This document shows positions 14,209 to 28,199 of a DNA stretch of 64,000 nt, in pieces; positions within the stretch are counted from its first letter, which is position 1; every line of letters starts with the position of its first letter. The notes under the pieces are model-generated. The model did not search any database. It was given only the letters and a program-made list of their open reading frames with translations, and was not told the DNA's origin. The position numbers were made by a program, and so were the translations under genes. Source of the stretch: Octopus vulgaris (lineage: Eukaryota); assembly GCA_951406725.2 (NCBI GenBank), contig OX597815.1:120714001-120778000 (forward strand), written 5' to 3'.

Positions 14209-17200
14209 GCAGACCTATGATGAAAGCTTTTTGACCATCCTATATTTTTTCATTAAAACAGAAAGCAATGAGTCTTAAAAGAAAAACAGTGGGAAAAAGA
14301 TTGGAGATTGTGATTTAAGGAAGATTTGATTACTATTTCTAACAAGTTTAATGGATATATAGAGCCTTCTTCATTGGTTCTAAGTAATTTACATTGCTTC
14401 ATCAAGATATATTTATAACTAATTTATTGTTTTACTTCCTGTTGATCTTAGACAGGTTGGTTACATTGAAGTAAAGATAGCAGCTATTAATTCCCCATTT
14501 ATTTTTTCTTATACACCCACCTTCCTACAACTATTAAAGCCATTACTGTTACAACATTGATGTTCTGGTCAGCTCCATTTATCTTGTTTATCTTTCAAAG
14601 AAATGTAGAAATTATCTAATTATAAAAATCTGTAAATAGAGATAACCACAATATGGCAACTGAAAATAGAAACAGTCTTATAAAAATAATAGATTCCTTG
14701 AGAAGGATATAAAAACATACTTACAAATAGATAACCATGTGTGTATGTGTGAATAAATTGGTTATACTTCTAAAATACCCAAAATATTTTAACATTTTAT
14801 TTATACAATTCCTAATAATATTTAATTATAAAAATATAATTGGATTTTTCAACAGTAAATGTTTATGAGGGTCCACCCAAGTAAAATATAAATCAAAGAG
14901 GTCCATAGGTAAAAAGAAAAAAAATCAGTTGAGAACCACTAGGTGAGGGTGAGGTGAGGGTGGACATTCATAATTTCAAGATTGGGGTTTTAATTTTTGA
15001 TTCCTGGACTGGGTGCTGCATTGTGTTCTTGAGCAAGACATTTCTTTGACATTGCTCCTGTCAATTCAGCTGTGAATGAGCAACCCTGCTATGGGCAGGC
15101 AAGCGGCAGGGGAAGGGTTGAGGGTAATCTCAGTTGCATCATGGAAACCAGGTAACCAGCCATTTGGATCCTAGGATTCAAGGCAGTAATGTTCAGGGGT
15201 TGATGATGATGATGACGAAAAGGATGAAATCAAAAAGGGACACAAACGCACAGACAAACACTTGAGAGAGAGAGAGAGATAGAGAGAGAGAGAGATAGAG
15301 AGAGAGAGAGATGATGATGATGGCCTTCTTTCAGTTTCTGTTTATCAAATCCACTCATGAGGCCTTGGTTGGCTGCGATGTGATTGAATCTGCAGCAAAG
15401 TGGTTGAGATGTGAATTTCTTATACATTTTACTCAAAATATAAAATATTTTTAATGTTCAACCTGACTAGGCTTTTCTAATGCAACAAGTTATAGAAGAA
15501 AAAATCTATTTTCTGCACTTTTATAGTTGTACATTGAAAAAAAAGAAAAAAGACTTAAATTGAGCCATCAACATTGGAATACAATAAGAAATAAAAGTGT
15601 TTTTCAATAGTGAAATAATTTTAAGCAAATATCACTTTTATCAGATAATCTATTTTAAGATATCATTATTGGTTTTGTTTCTTTTTTTCTAGAAGCTAGA
15701 GACAGTTTTGTTTTTATTTGACCTGTTGGCCTAAAGTTTGGGAGTTGGTGATTCAATTTAACACCTTCCTTTGTCATTTTTTTCTCTGAGGTCTTTTCTT
15801 TCACCTTTATTTTTATTTTTATTTTATTTTTCTATTTATTCCTGTTCCCCTTAGTAACTAACTAGAATGACACAATTGAAACTATGAAGCTGAACAAAGA
15901 AGTAAGTGATTGCCATTAGTAATAATTGAAGAGAGTAAGCCTACTTAATTTCCAATAATGGCCTTGTTAACCAAATGCTGTAATTTCTGTCAAATATCTC
16001 TTCCTGTCTGTCTTATACAAAGGACAACTCTCTTAATAATAACAATTACATACAATTTTTCTGTTTTCCTTTCTTCTTGGGTTCTGTGGTCAGTAGCTAT
16101 TATTAATGACACTCAATACCTATAGGTAAGACAGAAAATAAAAAGAAGTATAAAAAAAGGTATTTTCTACTCTCTTCAATGAAAACCAATTTTCCCTTGA
16201 TTTAGAATTAGTACTTGTATAATTTCTAGGATTGCCTTGTCTGAGCTGAGCTCTAATATTAAGTATTTTCTCTTTAGGTGTTTGAGTGGGAAGTGTCTAT
16301 CTGTGTTGACAGTAGCATTTAAGAGAAGAAAACTCTGTTCATTCAAGAACTATAGCTTTTGCTTATGATCATTGCTACTTTGGTTGGAAAAAATATCTTG
16401 CTGCTGTGGATTTTTTTCAGTGCAATTGTTGAAGGTGAAGGCTTCAATGAAATGCATTTATTCTATATATAACAAAACACATTTAAACAATGAAATGCAT
16501 TTACTATGTGTAGTTTTTTTGCCCCTTAGATAGGGAGTGTGTAATCATCATCATCATCATCATCAACTACGTTTTTAAATCTGCTTTTCAATGCTAGCAT
16601 GCACTAAACAAGAGTTTTTTGAGACAGTATCCAATGGCCAGATGCCCTTCCTGTTGGTAACTCTCACCCATTTTCAGTTAAGATATTCTTATTCTGTTGG
16701 TCTTTACACATGACAAAATTACCAAGCAATGGTACATATTGTTAACAGGAGACATAAGTAGTGTTACTGTGTTCACATCTCTTGTAAGTGTGCATATATC
16801 AAGATTTATTGTCAAATCAGCAGAAACATGTAACTTTATGCAAAAAATTATTGGATTGAAAATATAACAAAAGAAGGTAAATTCTGTCATCTATTTAATA
16901 CCCAATAATGTTGTCCATAAAGTTACATTTCTGATGATTTGACAATAAGTCCTGATTGTGTCATTTGCATAATGTAACTAGTAGTCACTTTATGTTAATG
17001 AAACATATGTAAGATTGTGTAATTAGATATCTTATAAGCAATCCTTCATATTTTGTTTTGTTTTCTACCTATAGTTTGTATAACACTCAAACATAGTTTT
17101 CATTGGCAGAATCATTGAAGGTGGTGACCTGGCAGAATCATTAATATGCCAGGCAAAATGGTTAATGGCGTATTGCCCATCTTCATGTTCTGAGGTCAAA

Positions 17201-18638
17201 TTCCACTGAGGCTGGTTTTGCCTTTGATAAATTAAGTACCAGTTGAGTTCTAGGTTCGATGTAGTTGACCTAACCCTGCACTGAAATTGCTGGCCTTGTG
17301 CCAAATGTTGAAATCAATATTTGTTATTTGTCACCCAATTTAAAGTTTAAATCGCAATGGGTGAACATATATAAACACACACACATGCGTGTATATATAT
17401 CAAACAGGTATGTGTGTGTGTGTGTGTGCATGCTTATGTGTGTGTCTATATATTTATTTATATCTGCCACTTGATTATTCAATAGCCATGTTTAATTTTC
17501 TGCAGGCATTTCTCCTGTTGATATGTTGTCCCCTTGCTTTATATCCGGAGAGGTCATGTGGAATAAGATATCCTTTACTGGATACACAGGTAAGGGTTAG
17601 TTTTAGGAAGGAAATCAAGCTGTAAAACAAAGCCTCAATATCATGTTCCCCTAACTCATACTAGCATGGGAAAACGGACATAAAATGATATAAGATGTGT
17701 TTGTGTGTGAGAGAGTGAGAGAGAGAGATGGAGGGAAAGAAGTGGGTGAGAGACCAACCAAAGTATTGTTAGTCTGAGGCTATAATCGAAGTCATTTACC
17801 CTAGGTGCCATACAAGGTATCAATTTACTAACTTATTGTTATCAAGAAAATCTGATCTAGCTTGTTCTCCTTGTTTCAAATCATCTTCTTTTATTGTAAT
17901 ATTTTTTTGCTGTGTAATACCAAATAAAATATCAGGTAATGTAGACTGTAAGATAGTCACTAGCAACTTGTAATGTGTATAAAATATCTCCTCTCTCAGA
18001 TGTTTCTAAGCAACGACTCTACTTTTATATTACTACAAAATACCTCTCAACCCTATTGCTTTTACATCAAAGCGAATGTCAGAATCACTTGCAGAATCGT
18101 TAGCAAACTGGATGAAATGCTTTGTAGTATTTTGTCCTTCATTACATTCATCATCAACATAATCATTTCATGTCCATTTTCCAGCATGGGCTGGGTAGTT
18201 TGACAGGAGTTAGCAAGGCTGAAAGCAACACCAGGTTCCAATGTCTGTTATAAAATAAATTGGACACATTGGATTATATAGTCCAAATTTCTATGTCTAT
18301 GAAAAAAAAAGAAAGATGTGAGATGTGGTGGTCAAGGCTGGAGTGCTTTTGATCTAGCCTGTTTGGTTAGGGGTTACTTTGGGGTTAAATAGCAATAATA
18401 AACTTTTGTAAAGGTGGAAATTTTAATTGAAATTTTTAAAATTTAATTTTGAAATTGGTTACAAAAGAGAAAAGGCTAAAAATATTTAAAAAAGTGAAGG
18501 TTTTATTTAATTATATATTCGTTTAGACTGAAGATAATTCAACTGAAACCAATTGAAACAATTTCATTGTAGTAACCAGATCACCTCTATGATCTTAAAA
18601 AAAAACTCTGAATATTAGTTAAAACTATATATATATAT

Positions 18639-20446
18639 CCCCGATCCCTTATCTGGTGGGCAATGAGGAAACTAGGGATAGATGAATGGTTAGTGAGAGC
18701 TGTGCGGGCCATGTACAGGGACGCCGCTAGTAGGGTGAGGGTTGGAAATGTGTACAGTGAAGAATTCCGGGTAGAGGTAGGAGTCCACCAAGGCTCAGTA
18801 CTCAGCCCCCTCCTATTTATCATAGTCCTCCAGGCAATAACGGAGGAATTCAAGACAGGATGCCCTTGGGAGCTCCTCTATGCTGATGACCTTGCTCTAA
18901 TTGCTGAGTCGCTATCAGAACTGGAGGAGAAGTTTCAGGTGTGGAAACAAGGATTAGAATCGAAGGGCCTCAGAGTCAATCTAGCTAAAACCAAAGTCGT
19001 AATCAGTAGGAAGGTAGACAAATCACAAACACCTTCAGGTAGATGGCCCTCCTCGATCTGTAGAAAAGGTGTAGGTAGAAACTCTATAAGATGCACCAAG
19101 TGTAAGCTATGGACACATAAGAGGTGCAGCAATGTCAAAGGAAGGCTAACTAGGAAGATGGTTTTTGTATGTGGCAGATGCTCAGGAACAATAAACACTG
19201 AAAATGCTCTGAGACCAACTTCCGTCACTTTCCAGGTAGAAAAACTAGAAATAGTTGATAGTTTCCGTTACCTAGGTGACCAAGTCAGCAGCAGGGGCGG
19301 GTGTGCTGAAAGTGTAACTGCTAGAGTAAGAATAGCTTGGGCAAAGTTCAGAGAGCTCTTACCTCTGCTGGTGACAAAAGGCCTCTCGCACAGAGTGAAA
19401 GGCAGACTGTATGATGCGTGTGTACGAACAGCCATGCTACATGGCAGTGAAACATGGGCCGTGACTGCTGAGGATATGCGTAAGCTCGCTAGAAATGAAG
19501 CCAGTATGCTCCGATGGATGTGTAATGCCGGTACTCACACTCGGCAGAGTGTAAGTACCTTGAGAGAAAAGCTGGACCTAAGAAGCATCAGTTGTGGTGT
19601 GCAAGAGAGACGTTTGCGCTGGTATGGTCATGTGGCGAGAATGGATGAAGATAGTTGTGTGAAAAAGTGTCACACCCTAGCGGTTGAGGGAACCTGTGGA
19701 AGAGGCAGACCCAGGAAAACCTGGGACGAGGTGGTGAAGCACGACCTTCGAACTTTAGGTCTCACTGAGGAAATGACTAGAGACCGAGACCTCTGGAAGT
19801 GTGCTGTGCGCGAGAAGACCCGGCAGGACAAGTGAGTCCATAACCCGTGGCCTTCTACATGGGATGGAGCCAGCCTACGTATGCATACCTTCCCTTCTTG
19901 GGACACAAAACTCTACTTGTGAAGACGTGATGAGGCAAGTGAGGATCAGAATCGAAATCGATCAATGAAAATTGCGGATGTGCTACCAGTGCCGGTGGCA
20001 TGTCAAAACTCTGCTTGTGAAGACCCGTTGAGGCAAGTGACGATCAGAATCGAAATCGATCAATGGAAATCGATCAATGGAAATTGCAGATGTGTTACCA
20101 GTGCCGGTGGCATGTAAGAGAACTTTCCGTTTCGCGACCGTTGCCAGCACCGCCCCGTTTCGTGTCCGTTGCCAGCCTCGCCTGGCCCTCGTGCCGGTGG
20201 CACATAAAAAGCACCATCCGTTCGTGGCCGTTTGCCAGCTCTGTCTGGCACCAGTGCGGGTGGCACGTAAAAAGCACCCACTACACTCACGGAGTGGTTG
20301 GCATTAGGAAGGGCATCCAGCCGTAGAAACACTGCCAGATTTGACTGGGCCTGATGAAGCCTTCTGGCTTCACAGACCCCAGTAGAACCGTCCAACCCAT
20401 GCTAGCATGGAAAACGGACGCTAAACGATGATGATGATGATGATGA

Positions 20447-20448
<2 letters not shown>
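18639..20448 (+). mobile_element. 5'-truncated young RTE-clade LINE (RT C-terminal half, 3' UTR, (GAT)n tail)
   Basis: Open ORF 18663-19835 with GVHQGSVLSPLLF, LYADD, FRYLG and GRGRPRKTW motifs. The 3' UTR has internal repeats and ends in (GAT)n. (TA)n flanks both ends. Confidence 0.95.
18663..19835 (+). CDS. RTE retrotransposon reverse transcriptase (partial, 390 aa, no endonuclease)
   Basis: Uninterrupted ORF with YADD and a Cys/His-rich insert (SSICRK...CTKCKLWTHKRC...CGRC). Confidence 0.9.
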   Translation: MRKLGIDEWLVRAVRAMYRDAASRVRVGNVYSEEFRVEVGVHQGSVLSPLLFIIVLQAITEEFKTGCPWELLYADDLALIAESLSELEEKFQVWKQGLESKGLRVNLAKTKVVISRKVDKSQTPSGRWPSSICRKGVGRNSIRCTKCKLWTHKRCSNVKGRLTRKMVFVCGRCSGTINTENALRPTSVTFQVEKLEIVDSFRYLGDQVSSRGGCAESVTARVRIAWAKFRELLPLLVTKGLSHRVKGRLYDACVRTAMLHGSETWAVTAEDMRKLARNEASMLRWMCNAGTHTRQSVSTLREKLDLRSISCGVQERRLRWYGHVARMDEDSCVKKCHTLAVEGTCGRGRPRKTWDEVVKHDLRTLGLTEEMTRDRDLWKCAVREKTRQDK

Positions 20449-20489
<41 letters not shown>

Positions 20490-20597
20490 GGGAGTATAAC
20501 TCCAAACTTACATATATATATTTTATATATATATCCATACATACATACATGTACATACATATATACATACATGTACATACATACATACATACATACA

Positions 20598-20631
<34 letters not shown>

Positions 20632-20632
<1 letters not shown>

Positions 20633-21251
20633 CATCATCATCGTTTAATGTCTGTTTTCCATGCTGGCATGGGCTGGATGGTTTGATTAGGGACTGGTAA
20701 GCCAGGAGGCCTCACCACACTCCAATCTGATCTGGCAATGTTTCTACAGCTGGATTCCCTTCCTAACACCAACCACTCCAACAGTGTAGTGGATGCTTTT
20801 TACATGCCAGCAGCACAGGAGCCAGTCAGGCAGCAGTGGCAACAACCCATGCATGAATGGTGCTTATTGTGTGCCACCAGCATGAGAGCCAGTCAGGTGG
20901 CACTGGCATCAGTCACAACTACAATTTCCACTTGTGATTTGATTTTTGATTTTGATTTTGCTTGACTCAATAGGTCTCCTCAAGCACAGCATCTCACCCA
21001 ACGATTCAAAGGTACTTTTTAAATGGGCTGATTATGCAACACTGGTACAGGCTATGGCTGTGATCTCACTTTACTTGCAGGGTATTCTCAATAACAGCAT
21101 ATCTCCAGAGGTCTCTGTCTTTTGTCATTACCTCTGTGAGGCCCAACGTTCAAAGGTCATGCTTCACCACCTCATCCTATGTCTTCCTGGGTCTCCCTCT
21201 TCCACAGGTTCCTTCCACTGTTAGGGAGTGACACTTCTTCACACAGCTCTC

Positions 21252-21256
<5 letters not shown>
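20632..21256 (-). mobile_element. Older 5'-truncated copy of the same RTE family, inverted
   Basis: (CAT)n tail at 20632. The minus strand carries the same 3' UTR and encodes EESCVKKCHSLTVEGTCGRGRPRKT. Confidence 0.88.
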
Positions 21257-21289
<33 letters not shown>

Positions 21290-21292
<3 letters not shown>

Positions 21293-21514
21293 TAATCCCT
21301 CGACTATCACAGGTGTTATGTTCCAAAACCTCCCACAATAGGTGAAAATCCATGAAGTAGAAACAATATTATACTCTATATTTTTTTTAATATTATTTTT
21401 ATAGTTTGTATATATTTATTTTATTATAAATGCAAAACAGCACCAAAGAGGAATCGACATAAACTTAAATGATAAACTGTGATAGGTGAACCAAGACATG
21501 TCCAGGGATTACTC
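21290..21514. mobile_element. pogo/Tigger-like MITE
   Basis: TIRs CAGTAATCCCT ... AGGGATTACT(C), preceded by TA, with an AT-rich non-coding core. Confidence 0.7.
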
Positions 21515-23178
21515 TGTGTGTGTGTGTGTCTATACATATATATATATATATATGTTACATTTACATATGTACATGTATTCTCTAAAATTACTTAATCAAG
21601 TTGTTAAAAGCAATCTCTCTGAAATATCTACAGTTATTTTCTTTATTAACTTAATCTAATTTATAAATGTTTTGGAGTGAAAGGGAGTTCTCTTTAAGCT
21701 TACTTAGTACAAACTAACACCATTTTCTATTATTACAATATCAGTCTCCTCTTTCATTCTCATATCTTTAACTCCCAGCTTTTGCAGAGATGGGTGGGAT
21801 GAAATCTTTTCTCAGTTTGTCAAAACTCAACCCAGCTTTGAATTTCATGTTCAATGAATCCTCATTATCTCTTCCCATCAAAGCTTTTGGCTTCTTGCCT
21901 CACATCAAATGTTTTTCCTTTGATAAAGAAAACCCATTTCATTTGCTTTTTTTTACATCAGGAGTAAGCGTTTTGCAAAAACTATTCTTAGCCAATAAAA
22001 CTTTGTCTATTGTCCTATAATCACTTTGTCTGCAAGCTCTGTTACCTAACTACTAACAACCCTCACACATCAGCTAATGATGGCACTTCTTAGTGCTCTT
22101 TTGACCAGTGAGAAATAGCAAATCTCTCTCTCAAATTACATCCTCACAACTCAAATATAAAAAACAAATATTGGATAATGCAAACCTAGATATACTGTCT
22201 GAAAAAAAAAATATAGTATGATTGTAGCTGTAACAGTTCTGATCATAACTTGGTCTTCTTTCCGAACTTGACTACTCTACAAAGTTGGCACTATACAGAT
22301 GGCAACCTAGGCACATTTGGGGTGCTAACATTGAGATTCCCACAAATAACTTATAATAATTTTTTAATGTAGCTGAAAATACAAAAACTTAGTAATAAAG
22401 AGAGCAAAGTCTTTCCTGGAACAAAGAATTGACTGGGACTTCACAGTAAGAGTAGTCCACTGACAGAATTGGTAGCACATTGTACAAAACACCTAAGGGT
22501 ATTTTTTTTCTACTTTCTGAGTTCAAATTCTGCCAGGGCTGACTCTGCCTTTCATCCTTTGGAGATTGATAAAAAAAAAAATGTATTATTCAAATACTGG
22601 GTCAATGTAATCTACTCATCTCTTCCCCCAAAATTTCAAGGATAAAAGAAAATGTATTCCCTTTTATCTCTATGATAAAAGAGAATACATTTCATATATA
22701 TCCTCTCTTAATTCTCCCTTTAAGTCTTCTGATTTCATTTGATATGTTTAAAACAATCATGACCCTAATTTGTTTCACATTTCAGTTTGCTGTACATGAT
22801 AGGTTTTCTTTGAAAACCTATTTATCTGTAAACCTTTGAAATTTTTCCTTCTATTCCATAAAATTTTTTCATTGTCCTCATCATCATCGTCATCATCATC
22901 ATCATGTCATTTTAAAGTTCACTTTTCCATGCTAGCATGGACAATAGACGTTAAATGGTGATGATAATGACAATGATGATGATGATATGAGAAGCTTCTT
23001 CCAAGTTCTGTCCACCAAATCCACTCATAAGTCTTTTGGTTGGCCTGGGGCTATAGAAGAAGACACTTGCTCAAGATGCCATACAATGGGACTGAATATG
23101 AAACCATATGTTTGGGAAGCAAGCTTCTTAGCACATATCTGCACCTGCGCCTATTCATTTTAATATTGTTATATTTCC

Positions 23179-23211
<33 letters not shown>

Positions 23212-24200
23212 ATTTGAAACAGACAGTAACATAATCTATGAAGATAATCAATTTGCTAAGGTTTTAAATATATATTTTAATGAAATTAATAGATTAAATT
23301 AGTTTATAACAAAGCAATAATCAGCTCCTACTTCTTTGAAAATTGTTCACTTGTTAGCTTTGCTGTTATTTAATTGTTTTATTTAATTGTTTTGTTCTTA
23401 TGAAGAAATGAAATGAGAAATTGCAAAAATTAATTCTCATTATTTTTAGAACTATTATTGTTACTTGCTTGCAATGCTACAGATATCAATATTGTTTAAA
23501 GAACTAATTCTTGGAATGACTGGGTGCCACTGTTTGGATTTTGAGGATTTGGTATGGCTGACTGTACATGCAACCTGATTTGGAGACAATATGTTTTGAT
23601 GCTGGAGGCAAATGCTCACACAAGTACACACTGACACTCTATCAGTTATGGCTCAAAGGGTTCCAGTTGAGCTGATCAACGGAACAACCTGCTTGTGAAA
23701 TCAATGTGCAAGTGACTGAACACTCCACAGACATGTGTACCCTTAATGCAGCTTTTAGGGAGATTCAGCTTGACATAGAATGTGACAAGGCTAGCCCTTT
23801 GAATTTCAGGTACAACTCATTTTTGCCAGTTGATTGGACTGGAACAGCAAGAAATAAAGTGTCTTGTTCAAGGACACATTGCACCACCCACGTGTGTGGT
23901 GGGGTGTGGGGGTGTATTTGCATACGTGTATATACATAAAGAAAGCACAAATGACATTTAAAATTTATGACATGGCTGTTTTAAATTTTAAATGTTTTAT
24001 ATCTACATCATTGCAAGGACCAACCTCAGAGTAAGATCTATGGCTTAGACTGGATTTGGTGCTTGCATATTTACAGTATCTTACCAATACTTGATGTTTT
24101 CAATGTTGTTTACATTACTGTGGGTTTTATGCTGTCGTACCTAGTCATTTCTGGCATCCTATGTATTGATGTGCCAAGATTTTGATGAATCCTTATAACT

Positions 24201-24241
<41 letters not shown>

Positions 24242-26207
24242 ACACACACACACACACACAAACACATATATATTGCCATGTAAAAAGCATCCTGTTCACA
24301 CTGTAAAGTAGTTGGTATTTAGAAAGATATTCAGCTGTAAAAATTGTGCCAAAGCAGACCTCACTGGGGTACTGCTATTTAAAATGCACCCAAGTCACTC
24401 TGTAAAGTGGTTGGCATTATGAAGGGCATCCAGCAATAAAACCCATACTAAACCAGACAGTGAAACCTGGTGCAGTCTTCTGGCTTGCCAACTCCTATCA
24501 AACCATCTGATGCATACCAGAATGAAAAGCAGATATCAAATGATGATGAGAGAGAGAGAGAAATGATCTTTATTGTTTCTTTTTAAGCAAGTAAAATACC
24601 TTACTTTTCTTCATTACTTTTAGTTTTGAACATACTAAAATTATCGTCATGATCAGCATCACCGTTCAACATTCGCTTTCCATGCTGGCATGGGCTGGCC
24701 AGTTTGACTGAGGACTAGCTAACCAGGAGGCTGTACCAATCTCCACTCTGATCTGGCAAGATTTCTATAGCTGGATGCCCCTCCTAATGCCAACCAAGAG
24801 TGTAATGGGTGCTTTTTACATGCCATCAGCATGGGAGCCAATCAGGTAGCACTGGCACTGACCATGCTCGATTGGTGCTTTTTACATGCCACTGGCAAGG
24901 GAGCCAGTCAGGTGGCGGAGGCAAAATTTATCAATATATATTTTATGCACCACAGCAAGAAATAAATTTTAGTATTAGAAAACTTGGATGTGGAAGAGAT
25001 ATTAATGCAGACAACTTTCTTGCAGGCCTTTGATGTACAGCAAAACGAGAAAGGAGTCTCATGGTGGACCATTTCACTGTTTGTTGACTGCTCCTCAGAA
25101 AAGATGTACCTAGTTTCTTTTTCCCAATGAATGACAGAATATCCAGCTTCTCCATAAGCAATAATAATTTAAGTTGTGAAGGTATGTGGCCAAGTGGTTA
25201 TGGGATTGCATTCATGATCATGAAGTTGTTGTTTTATTTCCAGACTAGGTGGTGTGTTATTTCCTTGAGCAAACACTTCATTTTCTGCTGCTCCAGTTCA
25301 CCCAGCAGTAAATGTGTTCCAGCAATAGTTGGGAAGTTAACCCATGAATGGTCTGGTGCCCCATTCAAGGAGGACTGTTGTAATTTCAGTCACTTGTATG
25401 CCATGAAAAGTGATTTGTGCCCATGCATTAAGAATTTTACCACTCATAACGGATCACCTGCAAGTTTCCTAATCACAAGCTATATTATGATGTCATTATA
25501 AATAGATGAAGTTATGATGTGATAAAAACAGAACGTTGTTCAAAATAAGTATATTAAAGTAAATTATGACATCAGTAGAAAGATATGACTATGAAGATAT
25601 TAGTAGCCCAATTTTATTAATAGATGTTATCAGAATAGTTCACACGTCTCTGTATGTTCTTCTGAAAATACATATTTTGTCTTATATAAACTGCTATGTG
25701 ACTAAACAGCAAACAGTTTTAGCACAAATAAATTCTACTGAAATTAATCAAATGACCAATCAAACTCCTATGTGGCTGCTTGACCTACTACAAACAACAA
25801 TCAAGTCTCTGTTGTTTAAATAGAAAAAGGAAGGCCACATTAGATAATGACATCATCATCGTCATCACCATCATCACCATCATCATCATTGTCATCATCA
25901 TCATCACTATTAAAAATACATGTTTGATGCCAGCGTGGGTTAGAGGATTTGACAGGATCCATAGGCCCAAGGACTGCATCATGCCTCAATTTTAGCATGG
26001 CATGGTTTCTGTGATCGGACATTCTTCCTAATGTGTGGGAAATGACAGCTTGGTCAAGGCTGAAATGCCTTTGATCATAAGACTGCTTGATTAGATCAAA
26101 ACTGAAGCAAAACAACAATTTCTGATTCAAATTATGCAGAAACTAATGAGTACATACGCACGCGTATGTGTGTGTCTCTGTGTCTCTCTCTGTGTGCAGT
26201 GCATATG

Positions 26208-26254
<47 letters not shown>

Positions 26255-27148
26255 ATATGTATGTGTGTGTGTGTGTGTATATATTTATATGTATGTATAA
26301 AACACTTGCAAATCTACAACTAAGCTCTTCCTAATGTTTCTTACTACATGTTATCTATCTATATATCTATCTATTTATATGTCTGTCTGTCTGTCTGCCC
26401 ATGCACAACACTGTAAATGAGAAGAAGTGAAATAAATTTAGATGTTACAAAACTTCTAAGATTACTGAATCTGAGTATGTCTTCTTTGAGGAATTGTCAA
26501 TAAACCACATGGCAGTCCTTTAGGAGATCCCTTCCTTTTTTTTTCTACACATCTATAGTATAGAAATAATGTGTTTACATTCTTATTTAACTCACAGTGA
26601 GGTTCAAACAAACACACACATATACATATATATATATATGCAATTCAAAGTTCTTATTTTTTACTACAATTTTTAAGATAGTTTTCTGCAGAGTATATAA
26701 TAAACTTATTTATTTGTAAGTTGAGGTGTTAACTCAAAAGTTACTAATTAGCAAATGCCAAATTCTTTCAAGTTAGAAGGAAATAGGAAACAAATACTAT
26801 AAAAACAATATAAATGGTTGGGTTTAGACCTCTGGCATAGAAGACCATGCTGACTAGCTTTAGTGCAAGATAAATTTGAAGTGTAATCAACACCAGTTGG
26901 ATTAGCTATTGGCAGAGGTGAAGCAGATGTTATTAAACCTTATTTATGTGAACTGAATTCCACATAGATACAATGTGGTTGAGAATGGTAGGTGTTGGTT
27001 TTACTTTTGTAGCTATATTTCTAAAGAGTCAGCTTCTTGAGTGGTTGTAATTTTGTACAGAATGAAGATTTTGAAGAGGGTTTAATCAAATATGTGTAAC
27101 TATATACGTGTGTGTGTGTGAGGGTGTAAGAAATATTATTTCTGAATA

Positions 27149-27179
<31 letters not shown>

Positions 27180-27252
27180 TGCACACACATATATAGATAT
27201 ATATAGATATACACCCATATTTATATGTATGACACTCTCTCTTTGTGTATGT

Positions 27253-27304
<52 letters not shown>

Positions 27305-27544
27305 CATATACATATATACATATGTATACATATATATATGTATACATATACATATATATAAATATATATGTATACATCATCATCATCATCATCGTCGTCA
27401 TTGTTTAACGTCTACTTTCTATGCTAGCATGGGTTGGACGATTTGACTGAGGGCTAGCGAACCAGTTGGCTGCAACAGGCTCCAAACTTGATCTGGCAGA
27501 GTTTCTACAGCTGGATTCCCTTCCTATATATACATATACATATA

Positions 27545-27606
<62 letters not shown>

Positions 27607-27617
27607 TACATATATGA

Positions 27618-27778
27618 CGACCACTCAGAAGGCCTCCACAGCGGTGGGGTTACGATTTCAGGAGGATTATTGGGATCACGTGGATGAGAAAGGCCCGATC
27701 CAGAGAGGAGTGGACAGTGTGCTGTGACCAGCGGTGTCAAATGGACACCTGACAGACTGGTCGGTCAAGGTGAAGATG

Positions 27779-27780
<2 letters not shown>
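27618..27780 (+). mobile_element. 3' end of a third RTE-type LINE inserted in (TA)n
   Basis: GC-rich island translating [44 protein letters not shown] (27618-27752). This resembles the RTE C-terminal GRP.RW.D.....W...A.DR..W motif and is followed by a short gatgat tail. Confidence 0.7.
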
Positions 27781-27827
<47 letters not shown>

Positions 27828-28199
27828 ACATATATATACATACATTATCATCATCAACAACATCATCATCAGTATTTAACATTTGTTTTCCTACTTGGCA
27901 TTGCTGTAGTTCATCACCAGAAATTTCATTATACTGTTGATGAGTTGTGATGGAATTAATTTTTACGCGAATACTTTTGTATGGATAGTCTCAAGTTGCT
28001 TCTTATTGAAAGGAAAAATTTCTCTATAAAAGAGCAATAGAACAAAAGTTTATTATTAACCACTATCATACCAAGATAAAAAATTCTTGATTTTTTTTTC
28101 TGAACTTATTTCCTTTTTCTTCTTTTTGCTTTAAACTGTAAATTTTAAAGTAAGTTAAGACAATATCACTGTAGATATCCAAAATATTTCCAAAGAGGC

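Noticed and set aside
14780-14942. hAT-like terminus (ggtccatagg...gttgagaaccact)
   Set aside because: Only one end is visible, with no matching TIR or 8-bp TSD.
15150-15170. PNGW codons on the minus strand as the candidate missing nvd exon
   Set aside because: Wrong strand, within a SINE-like remnant, and the flanking residues do not match Nvd.
20100-20285. Regularly spaced ~25-nt repeats with spacers resembling a CRISPR array
   Set aside because: The spacers are related to each other, the array sits in a eukaryotic LINE UTR, and there are no cas genes.
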